A stretch of DNA of 64,000 bases from Syntrophales bacterium (GCA_035448805.1 DAOTJR010000002.1:18832-82831), one strand, 5' to 3'; shown: positions 1-8,502, numbered from the stretch's first letter. The notes: a model not told the origin generated them from the letters alone. Program-made: numbers and translations.

Positions 1-986
1 GTCGCCGACCAGTTCTTCACCTCCACCGGATCGGCATAGGTGGCGGTAAGATGGCCGTTGATCGCCTGGATCTCACCGGGAGAAACGGCGGCATCGGCCA
101 GGGCGTCTTCGATGCAACGGCGCACGCCGTCGGGATTCGGTGCCGTCATGGAACCTCCCCGGCGCTGACCGCCGCAGTTCACCGCCCCCCCCGCTACCTC
201 GGCATAGATCCGGGCCCCCCGGCGCCGGGCTGTCTCCAGTTCCTCCAGAACCAGGACCGCCCCCCCGGCGCCGGGGACGAAACCGCCGGCGCTGGCGCTC
301 ATGGGGCGTGAGGCCCGCTCCGGGGCGTCGTTGAATTTCCGGCAGATCACCCGCATGGCATCGAACCCCGACCAGATATACGGTGAAGCACCCTCGGACC
401 CCCCGGCGAGCATCCGCTTCGCGAGACCGGTGCGGATCCGCCACAGGGCCGCGACGATGGCCTCGTTGCCGGTGGAGCAGGCCGAAGAGTTCGAGGTGAC
501 CTGGTTGCCGAGGGCCAGCAGGCCGGCAATCCGGGCGCTTGTCCCGCTGTTCATCACCTGTTCCACAATCCGGCTGCCCATACGGCGGACCCGGCCGGCG
601 TTCACCATCGGCACGACGGTCCGGGCAATGGTATCCATGCCCCCGATACCCGAGCCGAGAATAACCCCCGTATCCCAGTCCACATCCCCGCCGTCCCCTT
701 CGGGGACCTCGAAACCGGCATCCCGCCAGGCGTCGATGGCCGCTACCGAGGCATAACCGATGTTGTCATTGATGGACATGAGCTTCTCGTGATCGAAATA
801 GCGCTTGCGAACCACTTCGAAATTTTCCGGGATGCCTCCTACCTGACAGGCGAAGTTCAGCTCCGCCAGTTCGTCGATACGGCGGATACCGGAACGTCCC
901 TCCCGAAGGGCGGCGGCAAAGGCATCCAAACCGTGGGCGTTCGGGGCGACCACGCCCATGCCGGTGATGACCACTCTCTTTTTCAT
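1..986 (-). CDS. beta-ketoacyl-ACP synthase I/II family (FabF/FabB-like), partial; C-terminus lies beyond the window edge
   Basis: Absent from the ORF track because it is open at the edge. My minus-strand translation from the ATG at 986 reads MKKRVVITGMGVVAPNAHGLDAFAAALREGRSGIRRID. Further on it reads LGNQVTSNSSACSTGNEAI (KS active-site Cys context), and INGHLTATYADPVEV near position 1. Confidence 0.85.
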   Translation of the reverse strand, partial: MKKRVVITGMGVVAPNAHGLDAFAAALREGRSGIRRIDELAELNFACQVGGIPENFEVVRKRYFDHEKLMSINDNIGYASVAAIDAWRDAGFEVPEGDGGDVDWDTGVILGSGIGGMDTIARTVVPMVNAGRVRRMGSRIVEQVMNSGTSARIAGLLALGNQVTSNSSACSTGNEAIVAALWRIRTGLAKRMLAGGSEGASPYIWSGFDAMRVICRKFNDAPERASRPMSASAGGFVPGAGGAVLVLEELETARRRGARIYAEVAGGAVNCGGQRRGGSMTAPNPDGVRRCIEDALADAAVSPGEIQAINGHLTATYADPVEVKNWSA

Positions 987-1065
987 ACCGATACTCCCTT
1001 TTGCACCTATTGAAACAAAGACAATTTCCCCGGCAGCAACGCCTCCCTCGCGACGGGGAGGGCGG

Positions 1066-1542
1066 CTACTCGATCTCCCGGACCCCGGTGCCGGCAAGAA
1101 TCCCCCGGCAGACGACCTCCCCGTTTGCCCGCGCCGCCGTCACCGCCGCCTTGAGGGTACCGCGGCGGAAATAGATCTTCGTCCCCCGGCAGACGATTTC
1201 CTCGCCCGGGGAGACGATGCCCAGGAATTCGACCTCTTCGGCAAGGGTGAAGAGTGTCGTCATTTTCTTCACCTCCGCCGGGGATGCGCCGGTCCGGACC
1301 ATGAGCAGGTAAAGGCCCAGCGCCACCACGCCCGTCTGGGCCATGGCCTCGATCAGGATCACTCCCGGGGTGACGGGACGACCGGGGAAATGACCCCGGT
1401 AGAAATACTCGTCGGGACGGAAGCGGTACGCCCCGGTTATATGCTCCTCATCCAGCTCCCGGATCTCGTCGAGGAAGCGGAAGGGGGGCTGCTGGGGCAC
1501 CGCGGCGAGAATTTCCGCCCGTAAGGACCGCTCAGCCCCCAT
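1066..1542 (-). CDS. FabZ-like hotdog-fold 3-hydroxyacyl-ACP dehydratase
   Basis: 158 aa. The motif YRGHFPGRPVTPGVILIEAMAQTG matches the FabZ HFPxxPvmPGvl.iEamaQ signature. Its start overlaps the upstream SDR stop by 11 nt. Confidence 0.8.
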   Translation of the reverse strand: MGAERSLRAEILAAVPQQPPFRFLDEIRELDEEHITGAYRFRPDEYFYRGHFPGRPVTPGVILIEAMAQTGVVALGLYLLMVRTGASPAEVKKMTTLFTLAEEVEFLGIVSPGEEIVCRGTKIYFRRGTLKAAVTAARANGEVVCRGILAGTGVREIE

Positions 1543-2260
1543 ACAGACCTCCGTTCACATGCAGGACCGAACCGGTGATGTACGTGCCGCCCGTGGCGAG
1601 AAAGGCCACCACCTCCGCCACCTCCTCCGGTCTTCCCAGGCGCTGGAGGGGGATGTTGGCCAGGATCCGTTCCCGGATTTCGCCGGGTAGAACCGCCGTC
1701 ATCTCCGTGGCGATGAAACCCGGGGCAACGGCGTTGACGAGGATGTTACGACCGGCGAGTTCCTTGGCGAGTGATTTGGTGAAGGCATCCAGGGCGGCCT
1801 TCTCCATGGTGTAGGGGATCTGGCCGCCGTTGCCCGTATGCCCCACGACGCTGGAAATAGAAATGATCCGCCCGTCGTTGCGGCGGAGCATAAAGCGGCG
1901 GAGAACACGTTTCGTCAGATACCAGACGCCTCTGCTCAAAAGACGCTGGGCGTCGAACTCCTCCAGGCGCATGGCATTGATATCGGCGTTCAGGGAAAAA
2001 CCGGCGTTATGGACCAGGACGTCCAGGCGACCGGCGACAGTCTCGATCTGCGTGATCAGGGCGTCGATGTCCTCGCTGCGGGTCAGATCCCCCGGCAGGA
2101 GAAATCCCTCGCCGATCTCCGCCAGCAGGGCCCGGGCACCTGCGGCACTGCGACGATAGTGGATCCCCACCATAAACCCCCTCCCTGCCAAAGCCCGGAC
2201 ACAGGCGGCACCGATTCCCGTTCCCGCACCGGTTACCAAAGCAATCTTTTTATCCATCAT
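1532..2260 (-). CDS. fabG: 3-oxoacyl-ACP reductase (SDR family)
   Basis: 242 aa. It has the N-terminal KIALVTGAGTGIG Rossmann motif, an NAG motif, and a classic FabG-like C-terminus ending ITGSVLHVNGGLY. Confidence 0.85.
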   Translation of the reverse strand: MMDKKIALVTGAGTGIGAACVRALAGRGFMVGIHYRRSAAGARALLAEIGEGFLLPGDLTRSEDIDALITQIETVAGRLDVLVHNAGFSLNADINAMRLEEFDAQRLLSRGVWYLTKRVLRRFMLRRNDGRIISISSVVGHTGNGGQIPYTMEKAALDAFTKSLAKELAGRNILVNAVAPGFIATEMTAVLPGEIRERILANIPLQRLGRPEEVAEVVAFLATGGTYITGSVLHVNGGLYGG

Positions 2261-2380
2261 CCGATCATTGACCTCCCATTACCGCCGACGGTAAAAAATC
2301 TCTCCTGCAAAACAATTATCAGCAATGCGGCCGGTTCGACCCGCCTCTCTACCGCACCCGGACAGGCTAAAACCGGAAGC

Positions 2381-2974
2381 TCAAGCCTGCAGACAAGCTG
2401 GGGCGCTCATCCCCGGAGACCAGGGATAGTCGCCATAGACGATGCCCCGAAAAAGGCCTGTCCGGGCCTGGCGGACTTCGGCGACAACCTCGCCGTCCAC
2501 GGAGACGATGCCGTCGCCGATGATGACCCCGGCCCCGGACTCCGCCAGGGAGGCAAATCTCCGGATGGAGATCTCATAGCGGACGACACGATGATAAGGC
2601 CTTATCTGTCCCATGAAATTCACCCCGTCGCAACCCAGGGCCCGTCCGGCTCCCAGCCCCCCCCGCCAGACCCCATAGAAACCCTGGAGCTGCCAGATGG
2701 CATCGACACCCAGGCATCCCGGCTGGACCGGATCACCGGGCATATGACACTGGAAATACCAGGCGTCGATATGGATATCCTTTTCCGCCACGATCCTCCC
2801 CCGCCGGCCGTCCGCTTCCAGCAGGAGGATTCGGTCGATCATGAGAAACGGCGGGGCCGGCAGGCGGGCGTCGAAGCCGGCCGGGGGATCGGCTACCAGC
2901 CGGCCATAGGCAAAAGCGATCAGGTCGTCCAAACCGAACCCGCCCTTCTTCTTGAATTCCTCATAGGTGAGCAT
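2381..2974 (-). CDS. FabA-like 3-hydroxyacyl-ACP dehydratase/isomerase
   Basis: LPAPPFLMIDRI...WYFQCHMPGDPVQPGCLGVDAIWQLQGFY...GRALG aligns block by block with E. coli FabA (LPAPNMLMMDRV...[29 protein letters not shown]). I place the start at MLTYEEF (ATG 2974) behind a GGAGGGG RBS. The ORF track start at 3019 is less likely. Confidence 0.8.
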   Translation of the reverse strand: MLTYEEFKKKGGFGLDDLIAFAYGRLVADPPAGFDARLPAPPFLMIDRILLLEADGRRGRIVAEKDIHIDAWYFQCHMPGDPVQPGCLGVDAIWQLQGFYGVWRGGLGAGRALGCDGVNFMGQIRPYHRVVRYEISIRRFASLAESGAGVIIGDGIVSVDGEVVAEVRQARTGLFRGIVYGDYPWSPGMSAPACLQA

Positions 2975-3154
2975 TTCCCCTCCCCTGTCCCCGCCGCAGT
3001 TCCCGGACCGGGGTTTCATTCCTTTCCCTCCATCGTCGCCGGCCTCATTTCAAGCCGTCACCGGTGCCGTCCGGTTCCCGACGGTTCTGCCCGTTCCGGG
3101 AACAGCGACCGCCGCCGACAATGACCCACAGAGCTTTTTCGCGCGCCGCCGACC

Positions 3155-4285
3155 TCACTCTGCATCCACCTCCCAGACCAGGGTAGCCCAGGTGAGACCC
3201 GCCCCGACCAGGGCCATGACCAAAACGTCACCGGCGCCAAGATCGTCGCGGCGCTGGCTGAGAACCGCAGGGGCGCCGGAACAGCCCGTATTGCCGAACA
3301 AGGTCACATTCCGCCAGTGGTTCTCATCGGGAATGCCCGACCGTTCGCAGACGGTGTTGAGCACACTCAGGTTCGCCTGATGACCGATGAATATCAACCG
3401 CCGGCCGTGGACGTCCCCCGGGGCGGCTCCCGCCGCCCCGTTCGTCGTCATGTACGTTCCTGGTCCGGTGGCGGATCGGAAATCTTCTCCCCCGGCCGTC
3501 CCCGCCGTTCCCTTGATGCCGGCGCGACACCGGCCCGCTCCCCGCGCTTCCCCTTCCCAATGTCCCTGAAATTTACGGACCGCCTCGGTCATCTTGCGGA
3601 TGGCAAAACCCTGCACGGCATTCCCCTCCTGCCGGAAATAGCCCCCCCGGGGAATAACCGCCTTCTGCCAGGACGCCGGGTGTGAGGCACACTCACCGGC
3701 CCGCAGGCGGATCCGTGCCGGTTCCACCGCCGAGACCACGGCGGCGGCGCTGCCGTCCCCGAAGAGGACCGCGGTGCTGCGATCTCCATAATCGACACAG
3801 CGCGTAAGGTTCTCCGGATTTACAACGAGGGTGAACAGCGGGAGGGTATCGGACCGCATCCGGTCGAGGAAAGTCAACTGCACCCCGAAGGTGGCACAGG
3901 CGGCGTTGATGTCCAGGCAGGGCGCCTCGATACCAAGTTCCGCCGCCACCGTGGCCGCTTCGGAAGGGGTGACGTGGTCCGGGGCGGAACTGCCGGAGAC
4001 CACGAGGCCGATGTCCCCCGTCCCAATCCCCGCCTGCGCCAGGGCCTGCCGGGCCGCCGCCGCCCCGGTCTGGGCATTGGTGTAACGGCTGGCCTCATGC
4101 GCCGCCCGGGGATCCCGGTTCTTAGTCTCCCGGATATAGGCGAGATCGAGAGAGGTGCGACGCTCCCGGATGCCTACCCGTTCCAGGACCCATTCGTCGC
4201 TGGTCCCGATGTCGAGATCCTCGAGGAAGCGGTTGGTGATGACGTTTTCCGGATGGAAATGTCCCAGGCCGTGGAGATACAGCAT
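3155..4285 (-). CDS. KAS III (FabH-like) 3-oxoacyl-ACP synthase with an internal low-complexity insertion
   Basis: 376 aa. FabH-like N-terminus (GLGHFHPENVITNRFLED...SDEWVLERVGIRERR), active-site Cys context DINAACATF, and GHQANLSVLN...FGNTGCSGAP (His/Asn). About 45-55 Gly/Ala/Arg-rich residues sit just before the GHQAN block. Confidence 0.8.
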   Translation of the reverse strand: MLYLHGLGHFHPENVITNRFLEDLDIGTSDEWVLERVGIRERRTSLDLAYIRETKNRDPRAAHEASRYTNAQTGAAAARQALAQAGIGTGDIGLVVSGSSAPDHVTPSEAATVAAELGIEAPCLDINAACATFGVQLTFLDRMRSDTLPLFTLVVNPENLTRCVDYGDRSTAVLFGDGSAAAVVSAVEPARIRLRAGECASHPASWQKAVIPRGGYFRQEGNAVQGFAIRKMTEAVRKFQGHWEGEARGAGRCRAGIKGTAGTAGGEDFRSATGPGTYMTTNGAAGAAPGDVHGRRLIFIGHQANLSVLNTVCERSGIPDENHWRNVTLFGNTGCSGAPAVLSQRRDDLGAGDVLVMALVGAGLTWATLVWEVDAE

Positions 4286-4287
4286 AA

Positions 4288-5487
4288 TCAGCAGATCTCC
4301 CGGCCGATGATCATGTTCTGCACCTCCCGGACCCCCTCGTAGATGTCGATGATATGGGCGTCCCGGGCCAGCTTCGAGATCTCGTATTCCGTCATAAAGC
4401 CGTAGCCGCCGTGAAGATGCAGCCCCTCGTTGGCGCAGAAGAGGGCCGCCGCGGCGGCGGTGTTCTTCGCCAGGGAGGCGTAGAGACCCCGGTCATCCCG
4501 CATTTCCTGGAGACAGCAGGCCGCCTTCATGAGGGCCATTTCCGCCAGTTCCACCTTCTTCCACATCGCCGTCAGGGTCTCCCGGGCCACGGGCAGGTCG
4601 CAGATCCGCCGGCTGAACTGCTTACGTTCCCGGGTGTAGTTCAGGGTCACGTCGAGGGCCCGGCGCGCCAGGCCGACGCCGATGGCCGCCACCATGGGCC
4701 GGGCGTAGTCGAGGACGTCGATGACATACTGGAATCCCCGGCGCCGGTCGCCGATAATCTGCTCCGGGGAGACGGTGACCTCTACGAAGGTTACCGCGGC
4801 GGTGTTGGAAAGGCGCTGCCCCAGTTTGTCTTCCGGACGGCCCACGCTGATTCGCCCCCCACCGGGCAGGACGATCTCCCGCCCGAAGGGGAAGCCGGTC
4901 GCCAACTCGTCCGGGGACGGCTCCGGCACCGGCACGACCACGCAGGCCATGAAATTCCCCGTGGGCTTCCCCGCCTTGGCGAAGACGGTGAACTGGGAGG
5001 CGAAGGAGGCATTGGTAATGAAGCACTTCGCCCCGTTGAGGGAATAGGATCCGTCCTCCCGGCGGCTGAGGAAGGTGGTCATGGCACCGTTGTCCGAACC
5101 GGCACCCGGCTCCGTGAGGCAGAAGGAGGCCAGCAGCGGCTTCTCCACAAAGGGGCGCAATAAGGCCTCTTGCTGCGCCGCCGTGCCGTGCCGGGCGATA
5201 ACGGCATTGGCCAGGTCGTTGCACATGGCCGAGGTGGCAATGCCGGAATCACCGTAGGAAAGCTCCTCGATGATCAGGGCGGAGGAAACGGCATCCAGTT
5301 CATAGCCCTTGACGGCGGCCGGGATACTCAGATTGAGGATGCCCAGCTCCCAGGCCTGACGGATGATGCCGTAGGGAAAATCGTGCCTGCGGTCCATCGC
5401 CAGAATGTGGGGGAGGATCTCTCCCCGGACGAACCGGCGCACCGTCTCCACATAGGCTCGCTGCTGATCGGATAAATTGAAATCCAT
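4288..5487 (-). CDS. acyl-CoA dehydrogenase family flavoprotein
   Basis: 399 aa. Typical ACAD layout, with an N-terminal FNLSDQQRAYVETVRRF, CLTEPGAGSD, and a C-terminal YEGVREVQNMIIGREI. Confidence 0.85.
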   Translation of the reverse strand: MDFNLSDQQRAYVETVRRFVRGEILPHILAMDRRHDFPYGIIRQAWELGILNLSIPAAVKGYELDAVSSALIIEELSYGDSGIATSAMCNDLANAVIARHGTAAQQEALLRPFVEKPLLASFCLTEPGAGSDNGAMTTFLSRREDGSYSLNGAKCFITNASFASQFTVFAKAGKPTGNFMACVVVPVPEPSPDELATGFPFGREIVLPGGGRISVGRPEDKLGQRLSNTAAVTFVEVTVSPEQIIGDRRRGFQYVIDVLDYARPMVAAIGVGLARRALDVTLNYTRERKQFSRRICDLPVARETLTAMWKKVELAEMALMKAACCLQEMRDDRGLYASLAKNTAAAAALFCANEGLHLHGGYGFMTEYEISKLARDAHIIDIYEGVREVQNMIIGREIC

Positions 5488-5490
5488 GGT

Positions 5491-6441
5491 TCAATTACTC
5501 CCAAAGATCCGCGTCGCCGCCGAAAGGGTGGTCACGGAAAGGCAGTTGACGCTGATGGTCTTGAAGAAATCCCGCAGGGGGCGCCCCGGACCGATCTCGT
5601 AGATCTCGTCGGCCTCGGCGGCCAGGATTTCCATGTTCTCCCGCCAGCGTACTCTGCTGCCCAACTGATAGGTCAGATAGCAAAGGAGATCCTCCCGGTA
5701 ACGGGTATGAAAGCGGCCGGTGTAATTGGAGGTGACCGCCACGGCCTTCCGGGCGTCCACACCCGCCTCCAGACCTTTCAAGACAATCGAGAACTCTCTT
5801 TCCACCGGCCGCATGAAACGGCTGTGGAAAGGGGCGCTGACATTGAGGGGGACGAAGCGGCAGGCGGCATCGGCGCCCAGGATATCGGTGATCCGTACCG
5901 CCGCGTCCGGCAGGGCCCTGGCATGGCCGCTGATGACAATCTGATGGGAGGAGTTGACGTTGGCCACATCCACGGGCAGATCGCTTAACGATCCCTCCAG
6001 CTCGTCGGCATCGAGATCGTCGGCAATGACGGCCGCCATGCCTCCCAGCCCCGGAGGAACGGCTTCCTGCATGAGGCGGCCCCGGGTATGGACAACCTGC
6101 ACGGCATCGCCGAGCGACATGACCCCTGCCGCCACCAGGGCGGTGAACTCTCCGAGGCTGTGGCCGCCGAAGTATTGCGGGGAGAACCCGTAAAGGCTCT
6201 GCAACCCTCGAAACATGGCGATTTCCGTGGTGAGCAGACAGGGTTGGGTGTAGGCGGTATGGTCCAGCAGCTCATTTGCCCCGAAGCAGAGTTCCGCAAC
6301 GTCCCAGCCGAGGGCGTCGGTCGCCTCTTCATAAGTCTGGCGGCAGATACTCAGTTTCTCGAAAAAATCCCTACCCATTCCCGGGCGCTGTGCCCCCTGG
6401 CCGGGAAAGACAACGGCAATAGTTTTCGATGGACTTGGCAT
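5491..6441 (-). CDS. fabD: malonyl-CoA:ACP transacylase
   Basis: 316 aa. It carries VFPGQGAQRPGMG and the GHSLGEFTALV active-site motifs. Confidence 0.9.
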   Translation of the reverse strand: MPSPSKTIAVVFPGQGAQRPGMGRDFFEKLSICRQTYEEATDALGWDVAELCFGANELLDHTAYTQPCLLTTEIAMFRGLQSLYGFSPQYFGGHSLGEFTALVAAGVMSLGDAVQVVHTRGRLMQEAVPPGLGGMAAVIADDLDADELEGSLSDLPVDVANVNSSHQIVISGHARALPDAAVRITDILGADAACRFVPLNVSAPFHSRFMRPVEREFSIVLKGLEAGVDARKAVAVTSNYTGRFHTRYREDLLCYLTYQLGSRVRWRENMEILAAEADEIYEIGPGRPLRDFFKTISVNCLSVTTLSAATRIFGSN

Positions 6442-6737
6442 ACGATCTCTCCTTTTTTAAGAAAGTCAACCGCCCCTTAGCACCATCCATACCAACAACG
6501 CCCGCATGGACATCGAAACAGATAAGAAGCTATAATAAGAAGGATTATTTTCCACCGCTCTCTTTCCCGCCGCACCGGAAAAAGGCAGCGGAAAGAGATA
6601 AAACCGGATAAACATCTTTGCAGTGCGAATTGATTTTTACAGGGAAGCGGGACAGCGGCGACGGCAGGTTCCGCGGGACCGAAGCGCGAAAGCCGGTCTC
6701 AGAGCAGGCCATAGCCTCTTCATCGATACACCCGGCC

Positions 6738-6864
6738 TTTTTTACTCGAAAATGCGTGCATATGTTATTGATCTACAACGGTTTATCACTGACGGGGCCG
6801 CGGCGGAGCGCGTCCCGAAATTTTCATCCTGTTTTGTGACGGCATACCGTCAAGAGGATTTCCC
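6738..6864 (+). repeat. family-1 intergenic repeat, copy A
   Basis: Aligns over its full length with the copies at 27069, 38183, 40772, 43091 and 60535. It has the core GCATATGTTATTGATCTACAACGGTTTATCA and the terminal hairpin TGACGG-CATA-CCGTCA. Confidence 0.9.
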
Positions 6865-6970
6865 TACCATATCGGCATATTACAGAGGCAAGTTTTTCAT
6901 CACAAACGAAGGGCCGCCTTCCCGAAGGAAAGGCGGCCCTCGACAAGCCTAAATTGTTCAACCGGCCCTC

Positions 6971-8326
6971 TTACATCACCCCGAATCCGATAAGCAGGGC
7001 GAAACCGCTCAGCACCAGCCCGGACCAGAGGAGGGTCATGGTCGTGTAGCCCATGATGTCCTTCGCCGAGAGCCCCGCCAGACCCAGCAGCGGCAGGGCC
7101 CAGAAGGGCTGGATCATGTTCGTCCACTGGTCGCCCCAGGCCACCATCATCGCCGATTTGACCATATCGATGTTCATCATCTTCGCCGCCTCGATGGTGA
7201 TGGGCCCCTGGACGGCCCACTGACCGCCGCCGGAAGGAACAAACATGTTGACCACCCCGGCGCCCCAGAACTGGAACATGTAGAAGGTCTCCGGGGTGGA
7301 GATGGCGACGAACCAGCCGGCGATGACCTTGGCCAGGCCCGTGCCGATGAGGATCCCCATGATGCCGCCGTAGAGGGGGAACTGCAGGGCGATGCCGCCG
7401 GCGGACCTGATGGCGATGTTCATGGCGCTTACATAATTGATGGGTTTACCGTGGAGGATCACGCCGGCGATAAAGAAGATGAAGATGACGATATTGAGGT
7501 TGAGGTCCAGGCCCTTGCTGGAGAAATGGAGGAAGAGATAGAAAACGCCCATGGCGGCAAAGATCATGTTGATGATGTAACTATGGTCGATGCGCTCCGC
7601 CAGGGTGGGATTCGCCGGCCGCTCCACCTTGACCGTCTGGTCTTCCATCTCCTTCAGGCGCTCCGGAGAGATGCTGATCGTATCCTCTTCCTTGGGGTGG
7701 ATCAGATAGAAGAGCACCGGCAGGCCGAGGATGATGATGGCGGCGGGGATCAGGTTCCAGGTCGCAAAGATCGTATCGGCCACGGGAACGATCTTGCCGG
7801 TAAGCTTTTCGATGAGGTTCTGGGGTGCCTTGGGCGTCGCCAAAAGCAGGCCGATGGAGCTGGAAAAGCCCATATGCCAGCAGATGAACCCGCTGTAGGC
7901 CGCCCCGATGAGGATGGGGAAGTCCGCCTTCTTCGTCCGCCGGGCCACCTCCAGGGCCAGGAGCCCCGCGAAGATCAGGCCGAAGCCCCAGTTGATCCAC
8001 GAGCCCACACCGCCCACAAAGGCGACGATCATCGCCCCCTTGACGGGGGTGTCGGCCATTGTCGCCACCCAGTCGAGGACCTTCTTCATGGGCGGCGTCA
8101 GGGCCAGGACGTATCCCGTCACCAGGATGAGGATCATCTGCATGGCGAAGGCGATGATCCCGTAGAAACCGCCTCCCCAGGTGGTGATCACCTTCATGAT
8201 GTCCGCCGGCGTGAAGATCAGGGCCAGGATCGCCGAGATGAACGTCAGCAGGATGGCGAACAGGTAGGCGTCGGGCAGGTAATGACGCATGAAATAGGTA
8301 AAGAATGACGCAAGTTTTCTTAACAT
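6971..8326 (-). CDS. short-chain fatty acid transporter (AtoE family)
   Basis: 451 aa polytopic membrane protein. The N-terminus FFTYFMRHYLPDAYLFAILLTFISAILALIFTP resembles E. coli AtoE (FMTRFVSRWLPDPLIFAMLLTLLTFVIALWLTP). Confidence 0.75.
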   Translation of the reverse strand: MLRKLASFFTYFMRHYLPDAYLFAILLTFISAILALIFTPADIMKVITTWGGGFYGIIAFAMQMILILVTGYVLALTPPMKKVLDWVATMADTPVKGAMIVAFVGGVGSWINWGFGLIFAGLLALEVARRTKKADFPILIGAAYSGFICWHMGFSSSIGLLLATPKAPQNLIEKLTGKIVPVADTIFATWNLIPAAIIILGLPVLFYLIHPKEEDTISISPERLKEMEDQTVKVERPANPTLAERIDHSYIINMIFAAMGVFYLFLHFSSKGLDLNLNIVIFIFFIAGVILHGKPINYVSAMNIAIRSAGGIALQFPLYGGIMGILIGTGLAKVIAGWFVAISTPETFYMFQFWGAGVVNMFVPSGGGQWAVQGPITIEAAKMMNIDMVKSAMMVAWGDQWTNMIQPFWALPLLGLAGLSAKDIMGYTTMTLLWSGLVLSGFALLIGFGVM

Positions 8327-8341
8327 GACAACACCTCCTCC

Positions 8342-8416
8342 TTAGAATAATGGTTTATGAAAATAAAAAAATCCGCCGTCGTATGCTGACGCGGATTTAT
8401 TGAACCTCATCCTCAT
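8342..8416 (-). promoter_or_regulatory. candidate 24-codon leader ORF (MRMRFNKSASAYDGGFFYFHKPLF) spanning the leader terminator
   Basis: The ATG lies 2 nt after GGAGGGGG (AGGAGGGGGTTATG). The reading frame runs through the hairpin and the T-tract. Its TAA overlaps the AAGGAGGAGG RBS of the transporter gene. Confidence 0.3.
8365..8400 (-). terminator. intrinsic terminator-like hairpin inside the 5' leader of the AtoE-like gene
   Basis: The minus strand reads AUCCGCGUC-agcauac-GACGGCGGAU followed by UUUUUUUAUUUU. It lies about 40 nt upstream of the ATG at 8326, and no upstream minus-strand gene exists for it to terminate. Confidence 0.55.
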
Positions 8417-8473
8417 AACCCCCTCCTGCAGGCGTTGATGAACGGAGAAGACAATGAAACGGTAACGCCGGGG

Positions 8474-8502
8474 ATTCTACAGGAAGGCCAGGAGAAAATC
8501 AA
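8474..8502 (-). promoter_or_regulatory. sigma70-like promoter for the AtoE-like gene leader
   Basis: The minus strand reads TTGATT, a 17-nt spacer (ttctcctggccttcctg), then TAGAAT. Confidence 0.5.

Noticed and set aside
1838-3124. Long ORFs on the strand opposite to recognised genes. Examples are 1838..3124, 4354..5163, 7451..8308, 9435..10196, 10779..11924, 12772..14160, 15795..17156, 17511..18323, 21931..22782, 23826..24512, 32705..33901, 53803..55215, 56016..57623 and 61729..62880.
   Set aside because: Their products are Arg/Pro/Gly-rich and low in complexity, with no recognisable motifs. Each lies antisense to, or out of frame with, a gene that has strong family signatures. This is the typical behaviour of high-GC DNA, where stop codons are rare in non-coding frames.
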